Below are positions 47,170-56,502 of a DNA stretch of 64,000 nucleotides, in pieces (position 1 is the first letter of the stretch; every line of letters starts with the position of its first letter). The position numbers were made by a program, and so were the translations under genes. This DNA comes from Thermoplasmata archaeon (lineage in GTDB: Archaea > Thermoplasmatota > Thermoplasmata > Thermoplasmatales > GCA-001856825), in the NCBI GenBank assembly GCA_021792255.1, contig JAJYUZ010000003.1, positions 9,405 to 73,404 of the forward strand, written 5' to 3'. The notes under the pieces were generated by a model. It was not told the origin of the DNA and searched no databases. It worked only from the letters and a program-made list of their open reading frames with translations.

Positions 47170-49122
47170 CTAAGAATGCGCTAGGTCGACTGTTTTCAAT
47201 TCCTTCCTGAATTTTTCGATGGATTCCTTTATCTCTTCCAAGGACGCTCCAGATTCCAGAGTCGAAATATCACCAGGCACTTGGTTCTGGTAGACCGCTT
47301 TCATGATTCTTCGCATGATCTTCCCGCTCCTAGTCTTTGGGAGTGAACCAACTATGTGAATTTCGTCTGGAATCAGCAGGGGTCCGAAATTATCTCTGAC
47401 CTTATTCTTAATCGCTTCGACCGATGAGTCTAAATTGACCCCGCTCTTGAGAACCACGAAAGAAACTATGCTTTCTCCCTTTATCTGGTGAGGCTTACCG
47501 AACACCCCGGCCTCTGCAATCACACCCGTCGACAAAAGAGCATCTTCGACTTCTATTGTTCCTATTCTGTGTCCTGAGATCTTGAGTACTTCGTCTGCCC
47601 TTCCCAGGAGCCAGTAGAATCCATCCTTGTCCTTGATCGCGTAGTCTCCAGTAAAGTAGTATTTTTTGGCGTTTCCAAAATACATCGTCCGATACTTCTC
47701 GTCTGCGTTGTTCAGTTCCAACATCAAGCCCGGCCAGGGTCTCTTCAAATAGAGCAAGCCCTTCTCACCAGCTTTGGCTTCTTTGCCATCACTGTTCATT
47801 ATCACTGGATCAATCCCGGGGAGAGGGAGAGTAGCTGATCCGGGTTTCAGAGGACCATAGCCTATTCCCAGAGCAGGGCTGACCACGAATCCCCCAGTCT
47901 CTGTCTGCCAGTATGTATCAACGATCGGGCACTGACTGCTGCCTATCCGTTCGTAGTACCACTGCCATGCCGCAGGATTGATTGGTTCTCCGACGGTCCC
48001 AAGTACCCTGAGTGAAGACAGATCGTGACTTCTTGGGTACTCGTCTCCGTACTTCATCAGCGCACGTATCGCAGTAGGTGAAGTGTAAAGTATGTCAACC
48101 TCGTAGTAGGATATAATCTTCCACATCTGATCCGGACTGGGGTAGTCAAAGCTACCTTCGTAAAGAATAGAGGTAAGACCGAGGATAAGCGGTGCAAAAA
48201 CGATATAGCTGTGTCCTGTGATCCAGCCGATGTCAGCTGCGCACCACCATCTGTCGTTTTCTTTGGGATCGAATGCCCACTTGAGTGTGTTCGTGACCCA
48301 AACTCCGTATCCTCCTGTACCATGCACCACTCCTTTGGGTTTGCCAGTAGTTCCAGAGGTGTATAAAATGAATAGGGGATCGTTTGAATCCATGCGTTCC
48401 GGTTCGACGTAGTTCTTTACCTCCAAAAGGTCGTGGTACCAGTAATCCCTCCCTTCGACCATGTTCGTCTCGTGATTGGTATGCTTCACAACTATTACGG
48501 TTTCCACCGTTGTCGTCAACTCTATTGCCCTGTCCACGGTCTCTTTTAGAGGAATGAATTTACCTCTTCGGTATCCTCCGTCTGCGGTGATTATCATTTT
48601 TGCCCCACAGTCGTTTACCCTCTCCGCTATAGCCTCAGCACCAAATCCTGAGAATATTACGGTGAATACTGCACCGATCCTTGCAGCTGCAAGCATCGCA
48701 ACTGGTTCTTCTATTATCATTGGCAAATAGATTGCAATCCTGTCCCCTTTCCGTATTCCCATATCCAGGAGTGCTCTTGAGAATGAATTGACCCTGTTGT
48801 AGAGGCCGTTGTACGTGACTATCTTCTCGTCCCCCTTCTCATTGACCCAGATGAAGGCGGCTTTGTTCCTCCTTGATCCACTCGAATGCCTGTCTAAGGC
48901 ATTGTAGCTCAGATTTAGCTTGCCATTAACATACCAGCGATAGTACGGCTCTTTGGACTTATCGAGTACCTTGTCCCACTTTGAGTACCAGTCCAGCAAA
49001 AATCCCGCTTCTTCAAAGAACTTATCGGGAGTTTCTAAAGATTCTTTGTACGTCTTTGCATATCTTCCCACGCCGGGATTCATAAAAGAGTCGAACGGAA
49101 GTGGATTTGATTCCTTCTTCAT
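47170..49122 (-). CDS. acs: acetyl-CoA synthetase (AMP-forming)
   Basis: AMP-binding motif YTSGTTGKPKG, TYWQTETGG, and C-terminal PKTRSGKIMRR. 650 aa. Confidence 0.9.
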   Translation of the reverse strand: MKKESNPLPFDSFMNPGVGRYAKTYKESLETPDKFFEEAGFLLDWYSKWDKVLDKSKEPYYRWYVNGKLNLSYNALDRHSSGSRRNKAAFIWVNEKGDEKIVTYNGLYNRVNSFSRALLDMGIRKGDRIAIYLPMIIEEPVAMLAAARIGAVFTVIFSGFGAEAIAERVNDCGAKMIITADGGYRRGKFIPLKETVDRAIELTTTVETVIVVKHTNHETNMVEGRDYWYHDLLEVKNYVEPERMDSNDPLFILYTSGTTGKPKGVVHGTGGYGVWVTNTLKWAFDPKENDRWWCAADIGWITGHSYIVFAPLILGLTSILYEGSFDYPSPDQMWKIISYYEVDILYTSPTAIRALMKYGDEYPRSHDLSSLRVLGTVGEPINPAAWQWYYERIGSSQCPIVDTYWQTETGGFVVSPALGIGYGPLKPGSATLPLPGIDPVIMNSDGKEAKAGEKGLLYLKRPWPGLMLELNNADEKYRTMYFGNAKKYYFTGDYAIKDKDGFYWLLGRADEVLKISGHRIGTIEVEDALLSTGVIAEAGVFGKPHQIKGESIVSFVVLKSGVNLDSSVEAIKNKVRDNFGPLLIPDEIHIVGSLPKTRSGKIMRRIMKAVYQNQVPGDISTLESGASLEEIKESIEKFRKELKTVDLAHS

Positions 49123-49152
49123 GAGACCTATTTTAAAATCACGTATTTAAAA

Positions 49153-49677
49153 TTATTTCGTTCTATGCTTAGATAATTCAAGAAACTTCGATATGACTCT
49201 GGCGGTCAACCCCCATATTATGCCCTGCTTGAACTTGTACGAAATGCCCATAAATTCCTCAGATCTTTCTAGCTCAGACAGTTCCAGCCACGTGAGATAT
49301 TCGGATTCGGAGGAGGGTACGAATGAGACGAGTTTTGGGATTTCAAAAACGTATGCGTAGACCTGCATGTTCTGCCTATTTCCTGGTACAAATGGTCCGA
49401 AGTGCCCCAGATATTTTGCATTTCTCTTTAGATCGATACCGGTCTCTTCGAAAGTTTCCCTAATAGCAGTCGATTTTAGGATTTCGTCCCCCTCAGTGTA
49501 GTGACCACCTGGAAGAGAGAACTGACCCGACCAAGGATCGTCTTTGCTTGTGGTTCTCTTTTCAACTACCAACTTGTCATCGCAGAAGACTATCGCGACT
49601 GCTGCGTATTCCTTGTCAGAACTCATATGAACTATTTCGCTCGTGTTCTCCCACCCTACTGCTTCTGGAAGATGCAT
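49153..49677 (-). CDS. NUDIX hydrolase
   Basis: The Nudix box GGHYTEGDEILKSTAIRETFEETGI. Confidence 0.8.
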   Translation of the reverse strand: MHLPEAVGWENTSEIVHMSSDKEYAAVAIVFCDDKLVVEKRTTSKDDPWSGQFSLPGGHYTEGDEILKSTAIRETFEETGIDLKRNAKYLGHFGPFVPGNRQNMQVYAYVFEIPKLVSFVPSSESEYLTWLELSELERSEEFMGISYKFKQGIIWGLTARVISKFLELSKHRTK

Positions 49678-49944
49678 TCGATGCTTATACGAATAGTACT
49701 ACAAAATGATAGTGGCATTACTTCATACCTGGAAAACCGGCTAATATTCTTCAGGAATTCTTCTTGTTTGTTGGAGACATCCTGTAATATTTTTATCGCA
49801 ATTAATAATTATTCTCCGTATAACGTTCTGAATTTCTAATTTCATTGAATAAAGGATCGGAGATGTGTGACTTCCAAAAGAGAGAAGTATTAAAAGCGAT
49901 AGTAACAAGGAGAAGTGGTGTGTACATCTTAATCTAATAGACGA

Positions 49945-50018
49945 GGCCGGGACCGGGATTTGAACCCGGGTCCGGGGATCCACAGTCCCCAAGGATGCAC
50001 CGCTACCCCATCCCGGCC
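49945..50018 (-). tRNA. tRNA-His (anticodon GUG) with encoded G-1
   Basis: Hand fold. The anticodon loop CTGTGGA is flanked by GGGGA/TCCCC, and the T arm is CCGGG-TTCAAAT-CCCGG. The extra 5' G pairs with C73, which is the His identity element. No encoded CCA. Confidence 0.85.
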
Positions 50019-50075
50019 ATGTTCCCTCAAATACTTCTCGGCTAAAATATTTACCAAGGGCAGGGATAGAGGCAC

Positions 50076-50744
50076 GTGACCTCAGATAAAGCAATCTTCC
50101 TTGACTTCTCTAACACGATTACGACTGTGTCTTCAGAGAATAATTCTATCAAGAAATGGCTCGATTTAATAAAAGAGAAGTATCAGATAAATGGAGATAT
50201 GCATGCAACTTTTGCAAAGAAGAGACTTGCAAAACTCGTAGACAGGGAAAAGAAGTTCAGGACATTCATGCAGATTAATCATGATGTTCTCTTAGAACTT
50301 TATGGAATATCGGAGATTTACGAAGAGGAATACTACAGGTTTCACGAAGAAAATCTAAGACTCAGACCGGATTTCGTTGATTTCATAACTGGGGTCCAGA
50401 GGAGTTTTCAAATAATAATGGTCACAGATGCCGACAATATTTACACCGACAGGACACTCTCAGCACTTGGGATCACAAGATACTTCGACTCTATCATTAC
50501 CGCGGAGAAAGTTGGAGCTCCGAAGCCAGACTCAAGGATTTTCAAGTCTGCATTGATGGCAGCACACAACCCTTCTAGAGTAGTTTTCATCGGAGATTCT
50601 GAGAGAAGGGATATCGAAGGAGCAAAGAATATGAAATTCTTCACGTTGAAAATGGATGATGATTCTGGTCCCACTATTGCAGACAGGACTGTTCATAACT
50701 TCTTGGAAGTCTCCCGTATAATTGAAACAGACAATCTGTTCTAA
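50076..50744 (+). CDS. HAD-superfamily hydrolase
   Basis: Motif I-like FLDFSNT and motif IV VFIGDSERRDIEGAKN. GTG start. Confidence 0.65.
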   Translation: MTSDKAIFLDFSNTITTVSSENNSIKKWLDLIKEKYQINGDMHATFAKKRLAKLVDREKKFRTFMQINHDVLLELYGISEIYEEEYYRFHEENLRLRPDFVDFITGVQRSFQIIMVTDADNIYTDRTLSALGITRYFDSIITAEKVGAPKPDSRIFKSALMAAHNPSRVVFIGDSERRDIEGAKNMKFFTLKMDDDSGPTIADRTVHNFLEVSRIIETDNLF

Positions 50745-50798
50745 TTCCGCTCACTAGATATTGGCTGCTAAAAATTTTTGACTACCTGTATCGATCAT

Positions 50799-51536
50799 CT
50801 AAAAGGAACGTATCTTCTTCACGATCGTTGCAATTATTTCCTCTATATCACCGGGCGCAACCTCGTTGGTCGCTTCTATGACTGTCTCCTTTTGATCCTT
50901 GCAGGGAGACTCAGTAATAGAATCCTTAGAGAATAGCTGTACGTACTGAGCAAATGACGTAATTGAGACTTCAACGGTTCTTACAGTGATCGGATTAGGG
51001 GAGTAACCCTTCAACAGGGTGGAAGTTTGCTTATCGTAATCGGTGACCTGTTGCGGGTCATACCTGATGCAAAACGAAGCTGCCTTTTCGAGAGTCACGC
51101 CGAAAAGGGCACTATTGGAAGGAGGGGATTTGACGCTGAAGCCACCTTCCACCATGCTCCACGATTCTCCAGGATCAAGCGTGAAGAGAAAGGCGATTAT
51201 CCGTTGACCCTGACCGAAATCCACGATCCCCAGAGGCACAATGTTTCTATCAGTTCCCCTGTTCATCGACGGGGCAAGTTTCGTAGCCCAGGTAGTTACT
51301 CCGTTTTCAAGGTATATGGGGAAGTAGGCGTTTCCAAAATAATACCCCGATCTATATAGGGCTGCAGTCTCCGGATAGGCTGAGTTGTTCTTGAAATTCC
51401 AGACCACATTTCCAAGCAATTTATTGTACCAAGACCAGTTGCCCGTGATGCTGGTGGAAATGCTTTCTACTTCACTACCCAGGCTAAGCTCATTATGTCT
51501 CGATATTGGAGGGAGCGAACCACTTATTATTGACAT
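50799..51536 (-). CDS. hypothetical protein (orphan by eye)
   Basis: 245-aa ORF rich in aromatic residues, Gly, Asn and Ser. No TM helix, signal peptide or known motif recognised. Confidence 0.5.
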   Translation of the reverse strand: MSIISGSLPPISRHNELSLGSEVESISTSITGNWSWYNKLLGNVVWNFKNNSAYPETAALYRSGYYFGNAYFPIYLENGVTTWATKLAPSMNRGTDRNIVPLGIVDFGQGQRIIAFLFTLDPGESWSMVEGGFSVKSPPSNSALFGVTLEKAASFCIRYDPQQVTDYDKQTSTLLKGYSPNPITVRTVEVSITSFAQYVQLFSKDSITESPCKDQKETVIEATNEVAPGDIEEIIATIVKKIRSF

Positions 51537-51621
51537 CTATTTGGACAGCTTAACTGTGATAATCTCTTAAGGCTTTTGTGAACGTCGTCATGTTTTTAGG
51601 AAGAAGTGAAAGCTTGGGAGG

Positions 51622-52137
51622 CTATTTGACCTTGTAGTACATATGAACTGAATCGAAGTACACGTTTCCTCTCTTGATCGCGCCAGGCAGCATGCCGTAC
51701 TCGACGAATCCCAATCTTCTGTAGAGGTTCATTGCAACGGAATTGACGGAGAACACTTCCAGTTTTAGCATCTCAAATTTTCCTCTTGAGAGCTCAATTA
51801 CCTTCTGTATCATTCTGAACCCTAGCCCTCTACCCCTGTATTCCTTTTTTATTGTGATACCAAGCACAGCAGCGTGAGATATTTCGCTCCCGGGCCTGAG
51901 TCTGTGGGCATCGCAGAGTCCGACAATCTTTCCATCCTCTTCTGCAACTACTGCTAGAGCGTTTCCCTCTTTTACTCTCCTGTAAAGGGCTGAGAACCAC
52001 TCGACTTCTGACTCGTAATCTGGTTTTTTCTGATAGAATATTATTCCAAAGTCAGGAGCTTCTTTGAGTTCATCATAGAACGAGTAATAATTCTCCACAA
52101 GGTCATCCATATCGGTCCACTGCAACTCTCTAATCAT
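51622..52137 (-). CDS. GNAT-family N-acetyltransferase
   Basis: Acetyl-CoA binding motif KKEYRGRGLGFRMIQKVIE. Confidence 0.8.
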   Translation of the reverse strand: MIRELQWTDMDDLVENYYSFYDELKEAPDFGIIFYQKKPDYESEVEWFSALYRRVKEGNALAVVAEEDGKIVGLCDAHRLRPGSEISHAAVLGITIKKEYRGRGLGFRMIQKVIELSRGKFEMLKLEVFSVNSVAMNLYRRLGFVEYGMLPGAIKRGNVYFDSVHMYYKVK

Positions 52138-52212
52138 GCTCTGAATGATAGTCGATTCGTATTAAATTTTTTCATGAGCATAGTCTCGCTCCTATCTTGC
52201 GTTCGTATCAGC

Positions 52213-52767
52213 TCAGAGACTGACTAGAAATTCGCTCGTAGTTATAATCGGCATCATTTTTGAAAGATTTTTCAGGCTTCTTTCATGAGCTTCGCGGTCC
52301 CTAGATGATACTGCATCCTGAATTATCACCGGGATAAATCCAAGGTTCTGAGCGTGCCTCGCAGAGGTCTCCACTCCCATCTCAGTCGCAATTCCAGTGA
52401 AATAGAGGGTGTTGATTCCAGAGTTTCTAATCATCAGTTCAAAATTAGTGCCGATGAAGATGCTCGCTGTGTTCTTGTTTAAGACTATGTCCGATTTTTG
52501 AGGATATACTTCCTTCACGATATCTCCGGGCTCAAAACTACTGAATCCAGCAGCTTTTCTTAAAGGAGATTCGTACTTTTCCGGAAGTGGCGTTATCTTG
52601 GAAAAGAAAATTGGAACGTTTGACTCCCTTGACTTCGCAATGATTTTTACTAAATTAGACAGGAACTCGTCCTTGTTGAAAATCGAGGAAACCAGAACTT
52701 CTTGTACGTCCCAAACGATCAGTGCACTCTTCTCTCTTTTAATCTGACTATGCAAATTTTGAAACAC
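52213..52767 (-). CDS. isochorismatase/cysteine-hydrolase-family protein lacking the nucleophile Cys
   Basis: Family pattern ALIVWDVQ...VLNKNTASIFIGT...FTGIATEMGVETSAR. The position normally occupied by Cys is Gly (GGA at 52377..52375). Confidence 0.65.
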   Translation of the reverse strand: MFQNLHSQIKREKSALIVWDVQEVLVSSIFNKDEFLSNLVKIIAKSRESNVPIFFSKITPLPEKYESPLRKAAGFSSFEPGDIVKEVYPQKSDIVLNKNTASIFIGTNFELMIRNSGINTLYFTGIATEMGVETSARHAQNLGFIPVIIQDAVSSRDREAHERSLKNLSKMMPIITTSEFLVSL

Positions 52768-52904
52768 TTTTTACGGATTGGAATCTCGACCATATAATTT
52801 TTGATGCACTGTAAATGAGATCAAATCACGAGTGATTGATGTGCATAATTCATCAGTTCAAGAAATCGACAAAATATCTTTTATATGGACCGAATTCACA
52901 ACCA

Positions 52905-53789
52905 ATGAAAACGCATCAGATTGATGTGAAGAAAGGAGGAAGGGTTCGCCCTGACTCTACAAAGATCTCAAGATCGAATCTAGTGGAGAGTATATGCGAC
53001 TTCATCCGCTCTAATCCATCCGGAGACTTGTCACTTCACAGTCTCGAGTCAAAATTCAAAGTGAATAGATTCACAATTCAGAAGACCTTCAAAGAAATTA
53101 TGGGAATTTCTCCAAGAAAGTACGCAGAAGAATGCAGGATCTTGTTATTGAAAAGGAATCTCAAAGCCGAACAGCCTATCCCAAAGGCGATATATCAAGC
53201 GGGATACAATTCACACAGTTGGCTGTATGAAAAGTCCACATCCAAACTGGGCATGGCTCCATCGAGTTACAGAAGAGGAGGGGAAGGGGCGACTATAAAG
53301 TACTTGACTTCAAAGTGCAGACTGGGTTACCTCTTAGTAGCTGAGACGAGACACGGTATTTGCTCGTTGAGCTTGGCAGATAAGAAAGAGGCACTTGTTT
53401 TGGCCCTCAGCGAAGAGTACCCGAATGCGACAATCGAGCGCTCTGAAAGCGTCAGTAAGAGTCTCAAAGCAGTTCTAGATTATTTTGACGGACAGTTGCT
53501 GAATCTCCCAGTCGACATAGTAGGAACAGATTTTCAAAAGAGAGTCTGGTCATCCCTGTTAAAGATTCCGTACGGTGAAACTAGGTCTTATCATCAGGTC
53601 GCTGAGATGATCGGCGAGCCCAGCGCGGTTCGAGCAGTAGCAAATGCGTGCGCGTCTAATCCTGTTCCATTGATAATCCCTTGTCACAGGGTAGTGCGGA
53701 AGGACGGTTCACTGGGTGGTTATGGCCTCGGAATCCAGAGAAAAGAATATCTTATCTATATGGAAAAGTCGAATTCAGAGGTAAGATAG
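52905..53789 (+). CDS. AraC-type HTH fused to methylated-DNA-protein-cysteine methyltransferase (Ada-like, no N-Ada zinc domain)
   Basis: AraC HTH (FTIQKTFKEIMGISPRKYAEECRILLLKRNL...AIYQAGYNSHSWLYE) followed by the MGMT domain with IPCHRVV active site. The start is uncertain (52836 or 52905). Confidence 0.75.
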   Translation: MKTHQIDVKKGGRVRPDSTKISRSNLVESICDFIRSNPSGDLSLHSLESKFKVNRFTIQKTFKEIMGISPRKYAEECRILLLKRNLKAEQPIPKAIYQAGYNSHSWLYEKSTSKLGMAPSSYRRGGEGATIKYLTSKCRLGYLLVAETRHGICSLSLADKKEALVLALSEEYPNATIERSESVSKSLKAVLDYFDGQLLNLPVDIVGTDFQKRVWSSLLKIPYGETRSYHQVAEMIGEPSAVRAVANACASNPVPLIIPCHRVVRKDGSLGGYGLGIQRKEYLIYMEKSNSEVR

Positions 53790-53838
53790 AGTGGGCGGAG
53801 TAAATTCTGATCGAGCTCAAAAACAGGACAGAGAGGGA

Positions 53839-54765
53839 ATGGTAAAAAGATCAAGGGTTGTCAAGATAATTGAAGTCTATGGCGTTCTAGTGACCCTCAG
53901 CTTGATTTGGGGACTGGCATTTGTAGCAATCAAGATACTTGAACCGATGATCAGTCCAGTCAACCTGACACTGCTCAGATGGTTTGTCGCCGGGGCAGCT
54001 TTCTTGATCCTGCTTCCGATCTTTGGAAGATCCAAAGTTCCTGTCGAGAAAGGGGATCTTCCGCGACTGTTGATAGTGTCGTTCGCCAATGTCGTTGCAT
54101 ATCATTTGACACTCAACTATTCAGAGGGGAGCATTGACGTTGGTCTAGCAACTCTGCTCGTCGCAATGGGACCAATTTTTATTGTTGCTATATCCGCTTT
54201 ACTGCTTAGAGAAAGGCATGGCAGAATGATTTATCTTGCCATCTTGCTCGCATTTGCAGGTGCCCTGATTCTCTTCTTTGGAACTGTCAAAACGGCAGGA
54301 TCGAGTACAATCCCGGGAATATTGGAGGGCATAGGAACCGCACTTTCATACGCAGTTTTTGCAGTATTTTCCAAGCCATTGGTGCAGAAGTTTGGAGCAA
54401 GGGCATTTACGATCTGGGTCGGTTTGATTGGTACTGCAATGCTCCTTCCCTTATTATCGGGAAGCTTCGTTTCTCAGGTACTTAGGCTTCCTATGTCGGG
54501 ATGGATCGCAATATTGTACCTGTCTCTTCTGAGTACCGTTTTGGGTTATATGCTGTTCTATACCATGATAGAAAAAGGAGGAGTCGCTAAGGTATCAATT
54601 CAACTTTATTTGATTCCAGTAGTGGGGGTCGCAGGTGGGGCCTTATTTTTGGGTGAATCTGTGACTGCATACACTATTTTGGGTGGCGCAGTTATGCTAA
54701 TTGCTGTTGGATTGACTACCGTCAAATCAAAATTTCCTATGATCAAGAGGAAAGCTGCGGAATAG
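53839..54765 (+). CDS. EamA/DMT-superfamily transporter
   Basis: About 10 TM helices in two EamA-like halves. The start is uncertain (GTG 53791 or ATG 53839). Confidence 0.7.
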   Translation: MVKRSRVVKIIEVYGVLVTLSLIWGLAFVAIKILEPMISPVNLTLLRWFVAGAAFLILLPIFGRSKVPVEKGDLPRLLIVSFANVVAYHLTLNYSEGSIDVGLATLLVAMGPIFIVAISALLLRERHGRMIYLAILLAFAGALILFFGTVKTAGSSTIPGILEGIGTALSYAVFAVFSKPLVQKFGARAFTIWVGLIGTAMLLPLLSGSFVSQVLRLPMSGWIAILYLSLLSTVLGYMLFYTMIEKGGVAKVSIQLYLIPVVGVAGGALFLGESVTAYTILGGAVMLIAVGLTTVKSKFPMIKRKAAE

Positions 54766-54792
54766 GTTATTGAAAAGATTGAATGGTTTTCG

Positions 54793-55995
54793 TCACCTTA
54801 TCTTCATTATCATTACAAAAACTGCGGAAACCAAGAGGGAAGATAGCATAAGAATTCCAGGAGCAATGAGGCCACCTGACATCGTATAAATTGTTCCGAC
54901 CAAAAATGGCCCTATGATGCCTGCGGAGTAGAAGAAAATCACTGCAATACCAAACTCTGATCCGATGAATCTGGAAGAGACGATCTGAGGAGGGATCGCG
55001 TTGAGCATCGTGGCCATCATGTAACTCCCGAAACCAATCAGAATACTTAGGACAATAAGCACACTTACGCCTTTCACGAACACGAACAGCATTAACGATA
55101 CACCGGTGATCAGAGCTGGATAGACAAAAACTGGTTTGCTCTTCCGGAGTTTGTATGCGAGAAAGCCCGCAGCTAAAGATCCAAATATACCCGCTATTCC
55201 TATGAGTGAAGCAAGAGCGCTCGATAAAACTTCTGAGCTTATTGCCTTGCTGTTCATTAACCAAGCTACCCAATAAGTTGTGACAGACATAAAAGGAATG
55301 AATCCAAAAAACAGTGCAAAATCAAATTTCCAAGCGTCCTTGTTTTTTAATACTGTGTTGACAAAGCTGCTTTCTTGAGGAGACTGTGGAGACTCCGATA
55401 GCCTTATCTCGTCTCTTACCGGACCAGATTTTACGAGGAGACTAACAACACTGAGACAGACCAACGTTATTATGATTCCAGCAAAGACCGCTGCTCGCCA
55501 TCCAGCTACGGAGACGATTTCTCCAGCAAGGACTTCTCCCCACGCGACTCCCATCGGCAAACAAGCGCTCCACAATCCCATAGGAATCATTCTCTCATTT
55601 GGAACAAACCACTGAACCACCGAGGTAGCACCGACTATCCCCACGACAGTGCCTCCGAGTCCAATGACTAATCTATCGACCAAAACCATGGTAAAGTCCC
55701 TAGAGATGAACATCAGTATCCAGCCGAACAGAAGTAGGATTTGCCCCAATATCGCCGCCTTTTTTAGCCCCCATCTATCGGTAATCGCACCAGCAGGAAA
55801 GGCGAAGACCGCTGCCCCAATGAACATCGCAGTAGAAATCAAAGAAGCTCTCGTAACAGATACGCCGAACTGATTCGAAATCGGAACCAAAATGGGAGAA
55901 ATTATCGCAAATGCGTATCCAAAACTTCCCATGTACCCAATGATCGCTGCTACCAGGACCACGTACTTGAATCTCGTTGAAGAACTGTCTATCAA
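54793..55995 (-). CDS. MFS transporter
   Basis: 400 aa with about 12 TM helices. The GAITDRWGLKKA loop matches the MFS D-R-x-G-R-K-like motif. TTG start. Confidence 0.75.
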   Translation of the reverse strand: MIDSSSTRFKYVVLVAAIIGYMGSFGYAFAIISPILVPISNQFGVSVTRASLISTAMFIGAAVFAFPAGAITDRWGLKKAAILGQILLLFGWILMFISRDFTMVLVDRLVIGLGGTVVGIVGATSVVQWFVPNERMIPMGLWSACLPMGVAWGEVLAGEIVSVAGWRAAVFAGIIITLVCLSVVSLLVKSGPVRDEIRLSESPQSPQESSFVNTVLKNKDAWKFDFALFFGFIPFMSVTTYWVAWLMNSKAISSEVLSSALASLIGIAGIFGSLAAGFLAYKLRKSKPVFVYPALITGVSLMLFVFVKGVSVLIVLSILIGFGSYMMATMLNAIPPQIVSSRFIGSEFGIAVIFFYSAGIIGPFLVGTIYTMSGGLIAPGILMLSSLLVSAVFVMIMKIR

Positions 55996-56502
55996 CTAGC
56001 TCAAACCGCCTTCTAAGTATAAATCGAGATTGACAACACAGAATCCGTAAAGTCGTTGTTTCCAAATTTACTGTTTGCCCTAGTTTCACTCGTTAAAATC
56101 CAGTCGTATTCCAAACTGAGACCTCCTTGTCGGAATTTCTTGCCTGTTTTCAGTGCCTGTGCAATATTTGGACATATAAGCTATCAAGACATACTGAATG
56201 AGTATTTACAAAATTTGTTCAGAAATTAGGATTCATTTTGAAGAGAGAGTGAATGACTACTGTTATTTTGAACAATTAGTCTGTGATTTTGGAAGCTTAA
56301 AGACAGACAGATAAACTTTGTTGCTCATGTATCCTGAGATAGAGACTAGAGCTGGTCATTCCGAGTGGACGGTCAATGGGCAGGACTGTTCTATTCATTA
56401 AGAACTAAAACTTCAGATTATCTTAAGAGATCGAAATTGACTCCAGCTCTTATTGCGTACCAGATAGGACCAAAGTAAAAAATGGAATCTCTCACTCGCG
56501 GG

